DNA of 64,000 bases from an uncultured Saprospiraceae bacterium (GCA_964645715.1 CAZYAO010000014.1:6894-70893); one strand, 5' to 3'; numbered from the stretch's first letter, positions 1-12,957 are shown. The notes: generated from the letters alone by a model not told the origin. Program-made: numbers and translations.

Positions 1-170
1 TCGACCTTAACCAAATGGTTGACCTTTGCAATCATTCCCAAAATCTGAGGAGTTGCTACATGCTCAACGGAATCATTGATACGCTTGAGACCTAGTGCCT
101 TGATTGTATCTTTCTGCCGTTGTGGGCGGTCAATTACGCTACGAATTTGCGTGATTTTTACCTTAGTCAT
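1..170 (-). CDS. rpmD: 50S ribosomal protein L30, C-terminus cut by the window edge
   Basis: Manual translation from ATG at 170 gives MTKVKITQIRSVIDRPQRQKDTIKALGLKRINDSVEHVATPQILGMIAKVNHLVKV. This is L30-like and sits in the canonical slot downstream of rpsE. It is missing from the ORF track because it runs off the window. Confidence 0.85.
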   Translation of the reverse strand, partial: MTKVKITQIRSVIDRPQRQKDTIKALGLKRINDSVEHVATPQILGMIAKVNHLVKV

Positions 171-190
171 GACCTGTTCGTTTAAAGCTA

Positions 191-709
191 CTACCCTTGA
201 AACAATTTCTCCAGAGCAATACCGCGCTGGCGTGCAATGTCCATCGGTGTTCTCAATTTAGAGAGCGCATCGATAGTTGCCTTTACTACGTTATGCGGGT
301 TTGATGACCCCTGCGACTTAGCCAAGACATTGTGTACGCCTGCAATTTCAAGTACGGCTCTCATAGCCCCACCGGCGATAACACCAGTACCATCTGCAGC
401 CGGTTTAATCAGTACCTTTCCAGCACCATATTTACCATGTTGCTCGTGTGGAATAGTTCCATCGTGGATAGGCACTTTAATGAGATTCTTTTTAGCATCA
501 TCGACAGCCTTAGAGATCGCCTCGGAAACATCCCGAGCCTTACCCAAGCCATGACCGACTGTACCCTTGCCATCACCGACGACAACGACTGCAGCGAAGC
601 TAAAAGTACGACCACCTTTAGTAACCTTAGCAACCCTATTAAGGGCAACCATTTTTTCTTTTAGATCTGTTTCAGCCGGTTTTACCCGGTCATCTGTTCT
701 CTTAGCCAT
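191..709 (-). CDS. rpsE: 30S ribosomal protein S5
   Basis: 172-aa ORF with S5 core ([34 protein letters not shown]). Positioned between rplR and rpmD. Confidence 0.97.
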   Translation of the reverse strand: MAKRTDDRVKPAETDLKEKMVALNRVAKVTKGGRTFSFAAVVVVGDGKGTVGHGLGKARDVSEAISKAVDDAKKNLIKVPIHDGTIPHEQHGKYGAGKVLIKPAADGTGVIAGGAMRAVLEIAGVHNVLAKSQGSSNPHNVVKATIDALSKLRTPMDIARQRGIALEKLFQG

Positions 710-729
710 TGCTTAAAGCAATTTATTGA

Positions 730-1083
730 TTAGAAAAGCAGGCCCCCTTCGCGAGCACCTTCAGCAAGTGCCTTCACACGGCCGTGATACAAATAACCTC
801 CACGATCGAAAACGACGCCAGAGATTTGCTTAGCAGCAGCACGCTCAGCCAGAAGCTTACCTGTTGCCCTAGACTGTTCGGACTTATTTCCGACATTTTC
901 CACAGCCTTTTCGAAAGAAGAAGCTGATGCCAACGTATTGCCCTTAAGGTCATCGATAAGCTGCGCATAAATGTAGCGATTGCTTCTGAAAACACTGAGG
1001 CGAGGGCGGGCAGCTGTGCCCACTACTTTTTTACGAATCCGATAATGGATACGTTTTCTGCGGTCTGCTTTTGAAATATTCAT
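730..1083 (-). CDS. rplR: 50S ribosomal protein L18
   Basis: 117-aa ORF ending [23 protein letters not shown]. Fits spc operon order. Confidence 0.96.
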   Translation of the reverse strand: MNISKADRRKRIHYRIRKKVVGTAARPRLSVFRSNRYIYAQLIDDLKGNTLASASSFEKAVENVGNKSEQSRATGKLLAERAAAKQISGVVFDRGGYLYHGRVKALAEGAREGGLLF

Positions 1084-1158
1084 ATGATCAGCGTTTTGAC
1101 TTTAGTGAACACCCTTGGGAATGTTCCCAAAGTCCTTACTGTTATTAACAATAGAATG

Positions 1159-1725
1159 TTATTTCTTACCTCCTTTTCCGGCGGTCTTACCAGCCTTACG
1201 GCGGATGATCTCACCAACGAATCGTATACCCTTACCTTTGTAAGGCTCTGGCTTACGGAAGGAGCGAATTTTTGCACAGATTTGCCCGATGAGTTGCTTA
1301 TCATGACTCTGCAGCAAAATTCTGGGTGTCTGACCCTTTTCCATCTTTGTTTCTACCCTCACATCGTTAGGAAGAACAAAATAGATGGGGTGAGAATAGC
1401 CAAGTGTCAAAATCAACATCTGGCCTTTATTTTCAACGCGGTAACCCACACCAACGAGTTCCATTTCTCGGGTAAACCCAGCACTTACGCCTTCTACCAT
1501 GTTATTCAGCAAAGCGCGCGTCAACCCATGTAGGGAACGATGGCGCTTACTGTCTGTGGGACGAGAAACACTGAGGACACCTTCGCTAAGATCTATTGAA
1601 AGGTCTGCATCCATTTGCTCACTTATAGAACCTTTAGGACCCTTAACCGTGACCAAATTGCCTTTAGAAACCTCGATATTTACACCTGAAGGAACTGATA
1701 TGGGTGCTTTTCCTACTCGCGACAT
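1159..1725 (-). CDS. rplF: 50S ribosomal protein L6
   Basis: 188-aa ORF starting MSRVGKAPISVPSGVNIEV. Fits spc operon order. Confidence 0.96.
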   Translation of the reverse strand: MSRVGKAPISVPSGVNIEVSKGNLVTVKGPKGSISEQMDADLSIDLSEGVLSVSRPTDSKRHRSLHGLTRALLNNMVEGVSAGFTREMELVGVGYRVENKGQMLILTLGYSHPIYFVLPNDVRVETKMEKGQTPRILLQSHDKQLIGQICAKIRSFRKPEPYKGKGIRFVGEIIRRKAGKTAGKGGKK

Positions 1726-1756
1726 GATTCGAATATTTTAAAATTCACGATAAGGA

Positions 1757-2167
1757 TTAGTAGATGTAGCAGAGTACTTCGCCTCCTACTCCTTTTTCAC
1801 GAGCCTGTTTGTCTGTCAAGACTCCGTGGGAAGTAGAAATAATCGCCGTACCAAGGCCGTTAATGACCCTAGGAAGATCGCCTGCCCTAGAATATTGGCG
1901 AAGACCTGGCTTACTGATGCGAATGAGTTCTCTGATAACTGGCTTTTTAGACACAGGATCGTACTTAAGTGCGATTCTGATGACATCCTGTCCACCTTTG
2001 CCTATTGAAGACTCGAACTTATACTTCAAGATGTACCCTTGATCGTATAAGATCTCAGTGATTCTCTTTTTGAGAGAAGAAGCAGGAATATCTACAACAC
2101 GATGCCCCGCCATTTGGGCATTGCGGATACGGGTAAGAAAATCCGCGATAGGATCTGTTACTGCCAC
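1757..2167 (-). CDS. rpsH: 30S ribosomal protein S8
   Basis: The conserved S8 N-terminus [15 protein letters not shown] begins just after GTG at 2167. The ORF track extends to TTG at 2242, which adds about 25 atypical residues. A hairpin plus U-tract lies in that extension. The start is therefore uncertain. Confidence 0.9.
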   Translation of the reverse strand: MAVTDPIADFLTRIRNAQMAGHRVVDIPASSLKKRITEILYDQGYILKYKFESSIGKGGQDVIRIALKYDPVSKKPVIRELIRISKPGLRQYSRAGDLPRVINGLGTAIISTSHGVLTDKQAREKGVGGEVLCYIY

Positions 2168-2227
2168 AATAATGTAGATTTCGCCGGCCGGTTTTCCATT
2201 GTACAATGAGGAACCTGGCAAGCTGTT

Positions 2228-2259
2228 AAAAAAATCAGCCAAAACCCTCTTTAGAGGGC
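2228..2259 (-). terminator. Weak hairpin plus U-tract (attenuator-like) between rpsN and rpsH
   Basis: The minus-strand RNA reads GCCCUC-UAAA-GAGGGU, then UUUGGCUGAUUUUUUU. Confidence 0.3.
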
Positions 2260-2274
2260 ATGGCTAGGGAAAAA

Positions 2275-2544
2275 TTACCAACTCGCCTTGGTCACACCCG
2301 GGATTTTTCCATCGAGTGCCATGTCGCGGAACTTAACACGACAAAGACCGAAGTAACGCATATAGCCCTTAGGACGGCCCGTGAGTTTGCAGCGATTATG
2401 CAGACGTATGGGATTAGAATTACGAGGCAGTGCATCGAGTTCATCCCAACGACCCTCAGCTTTCAGAGCTGCACGCTTTTCGGCGAACTTATTCACAAGA
2501 CGTTCACGTTTTCTCTCGCGAGCGATTAGTGATTTCCTAGCCAT
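2275..2544 (-). CDS. rpsN: 30S ribosomal protein S14
   Basis: 89-aa ORF ending [39 protein letters not shown]. Confidence 0.96.
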   Translation of the reverse strand: MARKSLIARERKRERLVNKFAEKRAALKAEGRWDELDALPRNSNPIRLHNRCKLTGRPKGYMRYFGLCRVKFRDMALDGKIPGVTKASW

Positions 2545-2548
2545 GATA

Positions 2549-3121
2549 TTAATTATTACTAGTTTGCGTATTCTGATTGCGGAATGGGAGACCGAGTGCC
2601 TTGAGCAGAGCTAAGGCCTCAGCATCTGTCTTTGCCGTAGTGACAAAAGTGATATCCATTCCTGTAATGCTACTTACCTTATCGAGATCAATCTCGGGGA
2701 AAATGATCTGTTCCGTTATGCCCATGGAGTAGTTTCCACGGCCATCAAAACTTTTATCATTGATACCCTTGAAATCGCGAACACGAGGAAGCGCGACAGT
2801 GATCAAGCGATCTAAGAACTCGTACATTTTGGTATCGCGCAGCGTAACACGCGCACCGATAGGCATCCCTTCGCGAAGTTTGAAGTTAGATACAGAACGC
2901 TTAGCCTTGGTAGAGACAGCCTTCTGACCGGCAATCAAACTCATTTCAGCGACAGCATTATCAACGAGTTTTTTATCCTGAGTAGCTTTACCTACACCTT
3001 GGTTAAGAGAAATCTTCACCAAACGAGGGATCTGCATGGGAGTACTGTACTGGAACTGTTCCTGCAAAGCTGGGACAACCTCCTCCCTATATTTTTTCTT
3101 CAAACGAGGTATGTAGCTCAT
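2549..3121 (-). CDS. rplE: 50S ribosomal protein L5
   Basis: 190-aa ORF with L5-like sequence ([16 protein letters not shown]). Its ATG overlaps the rplX stop as TAATG. Confidence 0.96.
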   Translation of the reverse strand: MSYIPRLKKKYREEVVPALQEQFQYSTPMQIPRLVKISLNQGVGKATQDKKLVDNAVAEMSLIAGQKAVSTKAKRSVSNFKLREGMPIGARVTLRDTKMYEFLDRLITVALPRVRDFKGINDKSFDGRGNYSMGITEQIIFPEIDLDKVSSITGMDITFVTTAKTDAEALALLKALGLPFRNQNTQTSNN

Positions 3122-3474
3122 TACGATATTGTTTCGCCAGATTTTTTAGAATAACGTTCGATTTTACCATCGCTATTGCGACGGCGACCGACGCGCGTGG
3201 GAGTACCCTTGGCATCCACCAGCATCAGATTAGAAATGTGAATAGGTGCAGCCAAATCAACGATACCACCTGGCTCTGTTTGGGTAGGCTTGCGGTGCTT
3301 CTTGCGAATGTTTACATCTTCGACAATAGCCCTATTTTTTTCAGGAAATACTTCGAGTACTTCCAGCGTTTTTTCGCGGTTCTTGTATGCACCAGCAATG
3401 ACCACCACCTTATCTCCCTTCTTGATTTTCAATTTAGGAGCAAAACGGTTGCTGGTCTTGTTATTCGTTGCCAT
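3121..3474 (-). CDS. rplX: 50S ribosomal protein L24
   Basis: 117-aa ORF with KOW motif [11 protein letters not shown]. Fits operon order. Confidence 0.95.
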   Translation of the reverse strand: MATNNKTSNRFAPKLKIKKGDKVVVIAGAYKNREKTLEVLEVFPEKNRAIVEDVNIRKKHRKPTQTEPGGIVDLAAPIHISNLMLVDAKGTPTRVGRRRNSDGKIERYSKKSGETIS

Positions 3475-3562
3475 GGTTAATAATTGTTGCCTGATGATGG
3501 ACTTTCAAAATAAGAGTAGCCAAACCACTCTACAGAACAAGTTGTGTGCCTGCACTGGAATA

Positions 3563-3928
3563 TTACAATACCTCAGGAGCAAGAGAGACGATACGCATAT
3601 AATCTCGTTCGCGCAGTTCCCTAGCTACAGGACCGAAGATACGAGTTCCCCGCGGTTCATCTGAAGCGTTGAGTAGCACCACGGCATTGTCATCAAAACG
3701 GATATACGAACCGTCTTTACGGCGAATAGCCTTGCGTGTGCGAACGACAACTGCTTTGGACACAGAGCCCTTTTTTACACCACCCGGAGATGCATCTTTG
3801 ACTGATACGACAATTTTATCCCCAACTGAAGCGTAGCGGCGCTTAGAGCCACCCAGGACACGAATACAGAGCACTTCTTTCGCTCCGCTATTATCGGCTA
3901 CATTGAGCCTGCTTTCTTGTTGAATCAT
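3563..3928 (-). CDS. rplN: 50S ribosomal protein L14
   Basis: 121-aa ORF starting [17 protein letters not shown]. Confidence 0.97.
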   Translation of the reverse strand: MIQQESRLNVADNSGAKEVLCIRVLGGSKRRYASVGDKIVVSVKDASPGGVKKGSVSKAVVVRTRKAIRRKDGSYIRFDDNAVVLLNASDEPRGTRIFGPVARELRERDYMRIVSLAPEVL

Positions 3929-3974
3929 GACGACAAACAGTTTAAAAAACTAGTAAGAGGTTCTCACGAGAACG

Positions 3975-4232
3975 TTACTTAGCCCTTTCAATAATTTCAA
4001 CCAACCTCCAGCGCTTATTGCGGCTGAGTGGACGCGTCTCCATGATGCGTACCAAGTCACCGACTTGGCAGTCATTATTTTCGTCGTGCGCCATAAACTT
4101 GTTGGTCTTCTTTACGAATTTACCGTAAATGGGGTGCTTGAGCCTACGCTCTACGGCGATGGAGATAGTTTTCTCCATTTTGTTGCTAACAACAACGCCG
4201 ATTTTTTCTTTCCGAAGATTACGTTCTTCCAT
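3975..4232 (-). CDS. rpsQ: 30S ribosomal protein S17
   Basis: 85-aa ORF, S17-like ([23 protein letters not shown]). Confidence 0.95.
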   Translation of the reverse strand: MEERNLRKEKIGVVVSNKMEKTISIAVERRLKHPIYGKFVKKTNKFMAHDENNDCQVGDLVRIMETRPLSRNKRWRLVEIIERAK

Positions 4233-4243
4233 AGCTGTTTAGC

Positions 4244-4504
4244 TTATCCACGTCTGCGACGGGCTCTGATTTTGGTTCGCTTACTTAATTCATCAGCAGA
4301 TGCCTGCGCCAATTGGCGCCTGCGTACTTCCGTAGCCAGGCGAGCGACGTCACGACGTACTTCGCGCAACAGCAGCGGATTATCAAGGCCAGAGATTGCG
4401 TGATCGAACTGCATCTTCTGGTAGCGAGACTGCGTTTGCTCCAGTTCAGCCTGAAGATCAGCATCAGAGAACTCTTGCAATTCTAAAAATTTCTTAGTAG
4501 CCAT
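4244..4504 (-). CDS. rpmC: 50S ribosomal protein L29, with a basic C-terminal extension
   Basis: 86-aa ORF between rplP and rpsQ. It has an L29-like helical core and an Arg-rich tail (KIRARRRRG). Confidence 0.9.
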   Translation of the reverse strand: MATKKFLELQEFSDADLQAELEQTQSRYQKMQFDHAISGLDNPLLLREVRRDVARLATEVRRRQLAQASADELSKRTKIRARRRRG

Positions 4505-4532
4505 AAATAAATGGTCTTAACGTTTCACGTAT

Positions 4533-4952
4533 TTAGCCGACATAATCAGGACGGGTAACCATCTTGGTGATAACCGGCAACTTTTGTGCGGCCAGACGCA
4601 ATGCCTCCTTTGCAACTTCAGCAGGTACGCCATCAATTTCAAACATGATACGACCTGGCTGAATTGGAGCTACATAATGATCCAGAGCACCTTTACCTTT
4701 ACCCATACGCACTTCGAGAGGCTTAGAGGTAATAGGCTTATCGGGAAAAATACGTATCCAAACCTTACCTTCACGCTTCATGTAACGCGTCATGGCGATA
4801 CGAGCTGACTCAATCTGGCGGCTAGTGATTCGCGCACTTTCCATAGACTTTAAACCGAAGGAGCCAAAGGAGATAACGCTGCCGCGATGAGCGAGACCAT
4901 TATTTCTACCTTTTTGCTGCTTGCGATATTTCGTTCTTTTCGGCTGTAACAT
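4533..4952 (-). CDS. rplP: 50S ribosomal protein L16
   Basis: 139-aa ORF starting [16 protein letters not shown]. Confidence 0.97.
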   Translation of the reverse strand: MLQPKRTKYRKQQKGRNNGLAHRGSVISFGSFGLKSMESARITSRQIESARIAMTRYMKREGKVWIRIFPDKPITSKPLEVRMGKGKGALDHYVAPIQPGRIMFEIDGVPAEVAKEALRLAAQKLPVITKMVTRPDYVG

Positions 4953-5003
4953 CGCTGTAATGTTTTAAGAACTTGCTAAACCCTAGCTTCCGAAAAAGCT
5001 TGG

Positions 5004-5033
5004 CAAAGGTATAGCTATTTTCTGAATTCCAGA
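5004..5033 (-). promoter_or_regulatory. Internal promoter-like element upstream of rplP (TCTG-N18-TACCTTTG)
   Basis: It has the same -7 octamer as the rpsL site, at 5011-5004, 51 nt upstream of the rplP ATG. The -33 element has one mismatch. Confidence 0.3.
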
Positions 5034-5040
5034 AATAGTT

Positions 5041-5062
5041 GTACACAAATATTTTTGTGCAC
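5041..5062 (-). other. Stem-loop in the rpsC-rplP spacer
   Basis: 9-bp stem (gtacacaaa / tttgtgcac, one G-U pair in the minus-strand RNA) with a 4-nt loop. Confidence 0.3.
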
Positions 5063-5128
5063 ATTGATTGATCAGCGCAGGCTCAACGCCTGATGATTCA
5101 GTTGGCCAAACCTTGGAGAAGTGGAGTA

Positions 5129-6004
5129 CTAAGGATTACGACGTCCGGCACCGCCACCACCTCTACGATCTCCACCGCCGGCACCACGGCGATCTCCACC
5201 GCCGCGACGATCTCCACCGCCGCCACGACGATCTCCACCGCCACCACCACTGCGGCGATCACCACCACGACGATCACCACCACCACGGCGATCGCGATCA
5301 CCACCGGAGCGCTCGCTGCGCTCACCCGAGGCAGTTGCCTCTTTGCGAACGAGACCAGCATTAGGAGAAAGATCGCGCTTACCGAGCACCTCACCTTTGC
5401 ACAACCAAACCTTGATACCGATGATACCGTAGACAGTTTGTGCTTCTCTGAGTGAGTAGTCAATATCTGCGCGGAAAGTATGCAAAGGCGTGCGTCCCTC
5501 TTTGAACTCCTCTGTTCTGGACATATCAGAACCATTAAGGCGGCCAGAGATACGTACCTTTATACCTTCAGCACCAGCGCGCATAGTAGACTGTATAGCC
5601 ATTTTGATAGCGCGGCGATAATTGACACGCGACTCGAGCTGCTTGGCGATGGTCTCAGCTACGATATTCGCATCGAGTTCAGGCTTACGAATCTCAATGA
5701 TATTGATTTGAATATCCTTACCCGTGAGCTTACGCAACTCTTCGCGGATTCGATCGACCTCCTGCCCTCCCTTTCCGATGATAATACCGGGGCGAGAAGT
5801 ATGCATAGTGACCGTGATCCGCTTTAAAGTACGTTCGATGATGATACGAGCGATACCACCCTTTTGGATACGAGCACTAAGATATTGGCGAATTTTCTCA
5901 TCTTCGACAACCTTATCACCGTAGCCTTTATCTGCGAACCAATTGGAATCCCATCCTCTGATGATTCCAAGACGGTTGCCTATCGGATTTGTCTTTTGAC
6001 CCAT
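5129..6004 (-). CDS. rpsC: 30S ribosomal protein S3 with a roughly 60-aa Gly/Arg/Asp-repeat C-terminal tail
   Basis: 291-aa ORF starting [23 protein letters not shown]. It has KH and S3-C cores, then a GGDRR repeat tail. Confidence 0.96.
   Translation of the reverse strand: MGQKTNPIGNRLGIIRGWDSNWFADKGYGDKVVEDEKIRQYLSARIQKGGIARIIIERTLKRITVTMHTSRPGIIIGKGGQEVDRIREELRKLTGKDIQINIIEIRKPELDANIVAETIAKQLESRVNYRRAIKMAIQSTMRAGAEGIKVRISGRLNGSDMSRTEEFKEGRTPLHTFRADIDYSLREAQTVYGIIGIKVWLCKGEVLGKRDLSPNAGLVRKEATASGERSERSGGDRDRRGGGDRRGGDRRSGGGGGDRRGGGGDRRGGGDRRGAGGGDRRGGGGAGRRNP
5132..5305 (-). repeat. Low-complexity coding repeat: (G)nDRR units forming the S3 tail
   Basis: The translation reads [58 protein letters not shown]. 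At the DNA level the unit cgatctccaccgcc recurs. Confidence 0.9.
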
Positions 6005-6035
6005 GATATATTAAGGACAATTGATAGTAAATGAC

Positions 6036-6410
6036 TTATTGTTCCTCCGCTACGTCGCCCAGCGGTTTGCGATTTTCGACTACAATCGTTACATGATTGC
6101 TATGCTTACGAATGCGATGTGCGCGGCCCTGAGGGGCTGGGCGGAACCGCTTAAGCTGGCTACCCTGATCAACGAAGGCGATTTTTACGTAAAGGTCGTA
6201 AGTATCGGGATCCTCGGTCCCTTCTGACTTTTGAGACCAGTTGGCGATCGCAGACAACAAGAGTTTTTCCAGCCAAACACCGGCCTCTTGCTTGCTGAAG
6301 CGTACGATATCTAGTGCATCATTTACGCCTTTGCCCCGGATATTGTCCACAACCAGGCGCATTTTGCGTGCCGACATGGGGACGCTTTTCAATTTAGCTA
6401 TTGCTTCCAT
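6036..6410 (-). CDS. rplV: 50S ribosomal protein L22
   Basis: 124-aa ORF starting MEAIAKLKSVPMSARKMRLVVDNIRGK. Confidence 0.96.
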   Translation of the reverse strand: MEAIAKLKSVPMSARKMRLVVDNIRGKGVNDALDIVRFSKQEAGVWLEKLLLSAIANWSQKSEGTEDPDTYDLYVKIAFVDQGSQLKRFRPAPQGRAHRIRKHSNHVTIVVENRKPLGDVAEEQ

Positions 6411-6480
6411 GCTTTCCGTTTTTCGGTTGAAAAATTACTTTTCAGCAAAAGAGATCAACCATTTACCGAGACAGATGAAT

Positions 6481-6750
6481 TTACTTTTTACGGTTACCAG
6501 AATGGCCTTTGAAGTTGCGTGTAGGCGCAAATTCACCCAGCTTATGGCCCACCATATTTTCCGTTACGTACACCGGCACCATAGTTTTACCATTGTGCAC
6601 GGCGATGGTTTCGCCCACCATTTCGGGAACAATCATGGAAGCTCGCGACCAGGTGCGGATAACTGCCTTTCTGTTAGATTCTTTTGATTTGAGCACCTTT
6701 TCCATCAACTTATGGAAGACATAGGGGCCCTTCTTGATTGACCTAGCCAT
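6481..6750 (-). CDS. rpsS: 30S ribosomal protein S19
   Basis: 89-aa ORF starting [11 protein letters not shown] and containing [23 protein letters not shown]. Confidence 0.97.
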   Translation of the reverse strand: MARSIKKGPYVFHKLMEKVLKSKESNRKAVIRTWSRASMIVPEMVGETIAVHNGKTMVPVYVTENMVGHKLGEFAPTRNFKGHSGNRKK

Positions 6751-6757
6751 TTAGCGA

Positions 6758-7588
<831 letters not shown>

Positions 7589-7680
7589 GGTAAAACCACT
7601 TAGTTAGCAGCAGATTTCGGAGGCTGATCTGTCAAAACGACCCTTGACGAGATGAGGCTCCACACCCGCTGCGGATTACA

Positions 7681-7977
7681 TTAAATATTTCCAAAGAAAT
7701 CAATTTCCTCCCCTTTTGCGAGCGTAACCACAGCCTTTTTGTAGGCGGGGCGACGTCCACGGAGGACACCTGATTTGGTCGTTCTCGTTTTCTGCTTACT
7801 CGGCAATATCATTGTATTGACCGAATCAACATTCACACCATACATATTTTGTACGGCCTTACCGATTTCAATTTTATTGGCGTCTTTTTCGACGACAAAG
7901 CTATACTGCGCCTGTTGGTTGGACAGTTTTTCAGCTTTTTCGGAGATAATCGGCTTGATCAGAATTCTCTTTTCCAT
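7681..7977 (-). CDS. rplW: 50S ribosomal protein L23
   Basis: 98-aa ORF, L23-like. Fits operon order. Confidence 0.94.
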   Translation of the reverse strand: MEKRILIKPIISEKAEKLSNQQAQYSFVVEKDANKIEIGKAVQNMYGVNVDSVNTMILPSKQKTRTTKSGVLRGRRPAYKKAVVTLAKGEEIDFFGNI

Positions 7978-8017
7978 TGCTGGTATATTCTACTGTTCAG
8001 CGTTAGTGAACCACAAG

Positions 8018-8644
8018 TTAGGCGATAATTTCCTTCAATTTCTGCACAGCACCCTCTGAGAGAATCAGTGTTCCTGCATTGACGATGTCATAAGTATTTG
8101 CATCTGCAGCACGACAGACAGAGGCTGTCTGCAAGTTACGGCTGGAGAGATAAACCTGTGGCTCGTACTCTGCGGTCAGAAGTAAGGTCTTCTTAGTATC
8201 CAAAGATAAGCTACGAAGCAATTGTGTGTAAGCCTTTGTTTTTGGCGCCTCGAAGGAAAAGTCCTCTACGATAACGACAGCCCCTTGGCTGGCCTTAACT
8301 GAAAATGCGGACACCCGCGCCAAGCGCTTAACTTTTTTGTTGAGCTGCTGAGCATAATCACGGGGGCGCGGTCCAAAGACACGGCCACCACCACGATAAA
8401 GTGGGTTATTAATATCTCCCTTACGAGATCCGCCAGTACCCTTTTGACGGTGAAGCTTACGGGTAGAGCCCGACATTTCGCTGCGCTCTTTGGACTTGTG
8501 GGTACCTTGACGCTGATGCGCAAGATATTGCTTGACAGCAAGGTATACGGCGTGCTCATTTGGTTCAACACCGAAGACTTCTTGAGGGAGTTCGATTACC
8601 CGTCCCGTCTTTTGTCCCTGTATATTTAAAACTTCGAGTTTCAT
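8018..8644 (-). CDS. rplD: 50S ribosomal protein L4
   Basis: 208-aa ORF containing KGTGGSRKGDINNPLYRGGGRVFGPRPRDY. Confidence 0.96.
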   Translation of the reverse strand: MKLEVLNIQGQKTGRVIELPQEVFGVEPNEHAVYLAVKQYLAHQRQGTHKSKERSEMSGSTRKLHRQKGTGGSRKGDINNPLYRGGGRVFGPRPRDYAQQLNKKVKRLARVSAFSVKASQGAVVIVEDFSFEAPKTKAYTQLLRSLSLDTKKTLLLTAEYEPQVYLSSRNLQTASVCRAADANTYDIVNAGTLILSEGAVQKLKEIIA

Positions 8645-8698
8645 CGCTGCAAATTTATGCGGCTGGAGAATATGCTATTCGCCGGTTGCGTTTCCAAA

Positions 8699-9319
8699 TT
8701 ATTTTTCCAAGATAATCATCGCCCCCTTGTGGCCTGGGATAGCACCCTTTACAAGGATAAGATTTTGCTCGGCAAAAACCTTAACAACGCGAAGATTTTT
8801 AATCTTCACCTGCTTACCACCATCGCGGCCTGCCATGCGCATACCTTTGAATACGCGACTTGGGAATGAAGAAGCGCCAACTGAACCAGGTGCACGCTCA
8901 CGGTTGTGCTGGCCGTGCGTACGCTGGCCTACACCCCCGAAACCGTGCCTTTTCACGACACCTTGGAAACCTTTTCCTTTGCTAACGCCTACCGCGCTTA
9001 TTTTATCTCCCTCTGTAAAAATCTCAGCGACACTTACGACATCGCCCAAGGACTTGGAAAGAGAAGAATCGCGAAACTCTATAAGTTTGCGCTTAGGGGA
9101 AGTTTTGGCCTTGCTGAAGTGGCCGAGTAGAGGACGGGTAGTATTCTTTTCCTTAGCCTCGCCGTAAGCGAGCTGCAAAGATGAGTACCCATCAGTGTCG
9201 CCAGTTTTTACCTGTGTGACGACACATGGACCTGCTTCTATGACAGTGCAGGCTATGTTACGACCAGAGGCATCGAAGATGCTGGTCATTCCGATTTTTT
9301 TACCAATAATTCCGTTCAT
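8699..9319 (-). CDS. rplC: 50S ribosomal protein L3
   Basis: The L3 core starts [15 protein letters not shown] at ATG 9319. The ORF track extends 12 codons further to 9355. Confidence 0.94.
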   Translation of the reverse strand: MNGIIGKKIGMTSIFDASGRNIACTVIEAGPCVVTQVKTGDTDGYSSLQLAYGEAKEKNTTRPLLGHFSKAKTSPKRKLIEFRDSSLSKSLGDVVSVAEIFTEGDKISAVGVSKGKGFQGVVKRHGFGGVGQRTHGQHNRERAPGSVGASSFPSRVFKGMRMAGRDGGKQVKIKNLRVVKVFAEQNLILVKGAIPGHKGAMIILEK

Positions 9320-9445
9320 CAGTGTTGATGTTTGCGTTGTTGCTATCCTCATCACAATTTATTAGAGAGGAGATAACCCAACAGGATCAACTAACTAGTT
9401 CAATATTTATTCCCGAGGTTACGCCTCAAGTACAGGTACTGACGA

Positions 9446-9754
9446 TTAAGTCAATTTGACCTGAATATCAACGCCGCTTGGCAGTTCCAGTTTTGACAGA
9501 GCATCAACTGTTTTCTGCGTAGGCGTGTAGATTTCTATGAGGCGCTGGTGTGTGCGCAACTGAAACTGCTCCCGGGATTTCTTATTAACGTGCGGTGAAC
9601 GGAGCACGGTAAAGATTTTTTTCTCGGTGGGCAGCGGAATCGGGCCAGTAACGACGGCACCACTGTTTTTTACCGTTTTAACGATCTTTTCGGTTGATTT
9701 ATCAACCAAGTTATGATCATAAGAGCGGAGCTTAATACGAATTTTCTGATTCAT
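9446..9754 (-). CDS. rpsJ: 30S ribosomal protein S10
   Basis: 102-aa ORF starting [18 protein letters not shown]. Confidence 0.97.
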   Translation of the reverse strand: MNQKIRIKLRSYDHNLVDKSTEKIVKTVKNSGAVVTGPIPLPTEKKIFTVLRSPHVNKKSREQFQLRTHQRLIEIYTPTQKTVDALSKLELPSGVDIQVKLT

Positions 9755-9797
9755 GCCAGATACAAATTGTCAAAGTTTGCATTTACAGGCTATGTTG

Positions 9798-9833
9798 TCC
9801 GGTGAAACAAGCCACTTTTGGTGTTTCACCGGA
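9798..9833 (-). other. 12-bp stem-loop between fusA and rpsJ
   Basis: tccggtgaaaca ... tgtttcaccgga are perfect arms with a 12-nt loop. No U-tract follows. Confidence 0.4.
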
Positions 9834-9869
9834 CCACCCAATTATTTAGTAAGCGATATCAAGTAAAAA

Positions 9870-11999
<2,130 letters not shown>

Positions 12000-12056
12000 G
12001 ATTTTTCCTCCGGGAGGATAAAATTATTAAGAAAGTTTTTAGAGGCAATGCCTGAA

Positions 12057-12524
12057 TTACACTCGATAATGCGCGAAAGCACGGTTAGACTCAGCCATTT
12101 TGTGCGTATCTTCTTTACGCTTAACAGCCCCGCCTTCACCCTTGCTAGCAGCAATCAGCTCTGCAGCCAGCTTATCGGCCATTCCCTTTCCGCTGCGTTG
12201 GCGTGAAAAGCGAATCAGCCACTTCATCCCGATAGAAATTTTGCGCTTAGCACGAATTTCAGTAGGAATTTGGAAAGTAGCACCACCTATACGACGGCTG
12301 CGTACCTCTACCTGCGGCATAGCATTGTTGAGAGCTTTCTTCCAAACAGCATGTTCATCCTGCTGCAGGCGATTTTTTATGATATCCATAGCATCATAAA
12401 AAACACTGAAAGCTGTACTCTTTTTGCCCTCCCACATGAGGTTATTGACAAACTGAGTAACCATTGGATCATTGTAACGCGGATCCGGCGCAAGTACTCG
12501 TACTTTTGGTTTTTTCTTTCTCAT
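12057..12524 (-). CDS. rpsG: 30S ribosomal protein S7
   Basis: 155-aa ORF, S7-like. Fits str operon order. Confidence 0.96.
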   Translation of the reverse strand: MRKKKPKVRVLAPDPRYNDPMVTQFVNNLMWEGKKSTAFSVFYDAMDIIKNRLQQDEHAVWKKALNNAMPQVEVRSRRIGGATFQIPTEIRAKRKISIGMKWLIRFSRQRSGKGMADKLAAELIAASKGEGGAVKRKEDTHKMAESNRAFAHYRV

Positions 12525-12576
12525 GTTTTAATTAGCGGTTTCCGCTGTGGACAAACCCACAGCGAATGAAACATAA

Positions 12577-12957
12577 TTACTTCTTGACTTTGGGCCGCTT
12601 AGTTCCATAACGTGAGCGACTCTTTTTACGGTCATTAACGCCTGCCGTATCCAGTGCGCCACGCACGATGGAGTAGCGTACTCCGGGTAAATCCTTTACA
12701 CGACCGCCGCGAACAAGCACTATAGAGTGCTCTTGCAGGTTATGGCCTTCACCTGGAATATAGCAAATAACTTCAATGCCGTTGGTCATACGAACCTTTG
12801 CAACTTTTCGCAGAGCTGAATTGGGCTTCTTGGGGGTAGTTGTATACACCCTCGTGCAGACGCCGCGCTTCTGCGGGCAAGCATCGAGTGCCCGCGACTT
12901 GCTCTTAGTCTCAATCTTCGTACGGCCCTTGCGAACCAGTTGGTTGATAGTAGGCAT
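12577..12957 (-). CDS. rpsL: 30S ribosomal protein S12
   Basis: 126-aa ORF starting [12 protein letters not shown] and containing [11 protein letters not shown]. Confidence 0.98.
   Translation of the reverse strand: MPTINQLVRKGRTKIETKSKSRALDACPQKRGVCTRVYTTTPKKPNSALRKVAKVRMTNGIEVICYIPGEGHNLQEHSIVLVRGGRVKDLPGVRYSIVRGALDTAGVNDRKKSRSRYGTKRPKVKK

Noticed and set aside
2168-2242. N-terminal extensions implied by the longest-ORF starts. Affected genes are rpsH, rplC, msrB, the gamma-CA-like gene, the ECF sigma gene, HlyD, skp, rpoN, rhodopsin, cysS, TraB/GumN, the esterase, the lipoprotein and GH13.
   Set aside because: The ORF track uses the most upstream ATG, GTG or TTG. In each case an internal ATG (GTG for rpsH) coincides with the conserved N-terminus or signal peptide, so the shorter models were used.
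5068-5535. Three ORFs (98-145 aa) with His/Asp-rich, Thr/Ala-rich or Val/Ala-rich repeats
   Set aside because: They are alternative-frame and antisense readings of the GGDRR coding repeat in the S3 tail, so they are artefacts of a tandem repeat.
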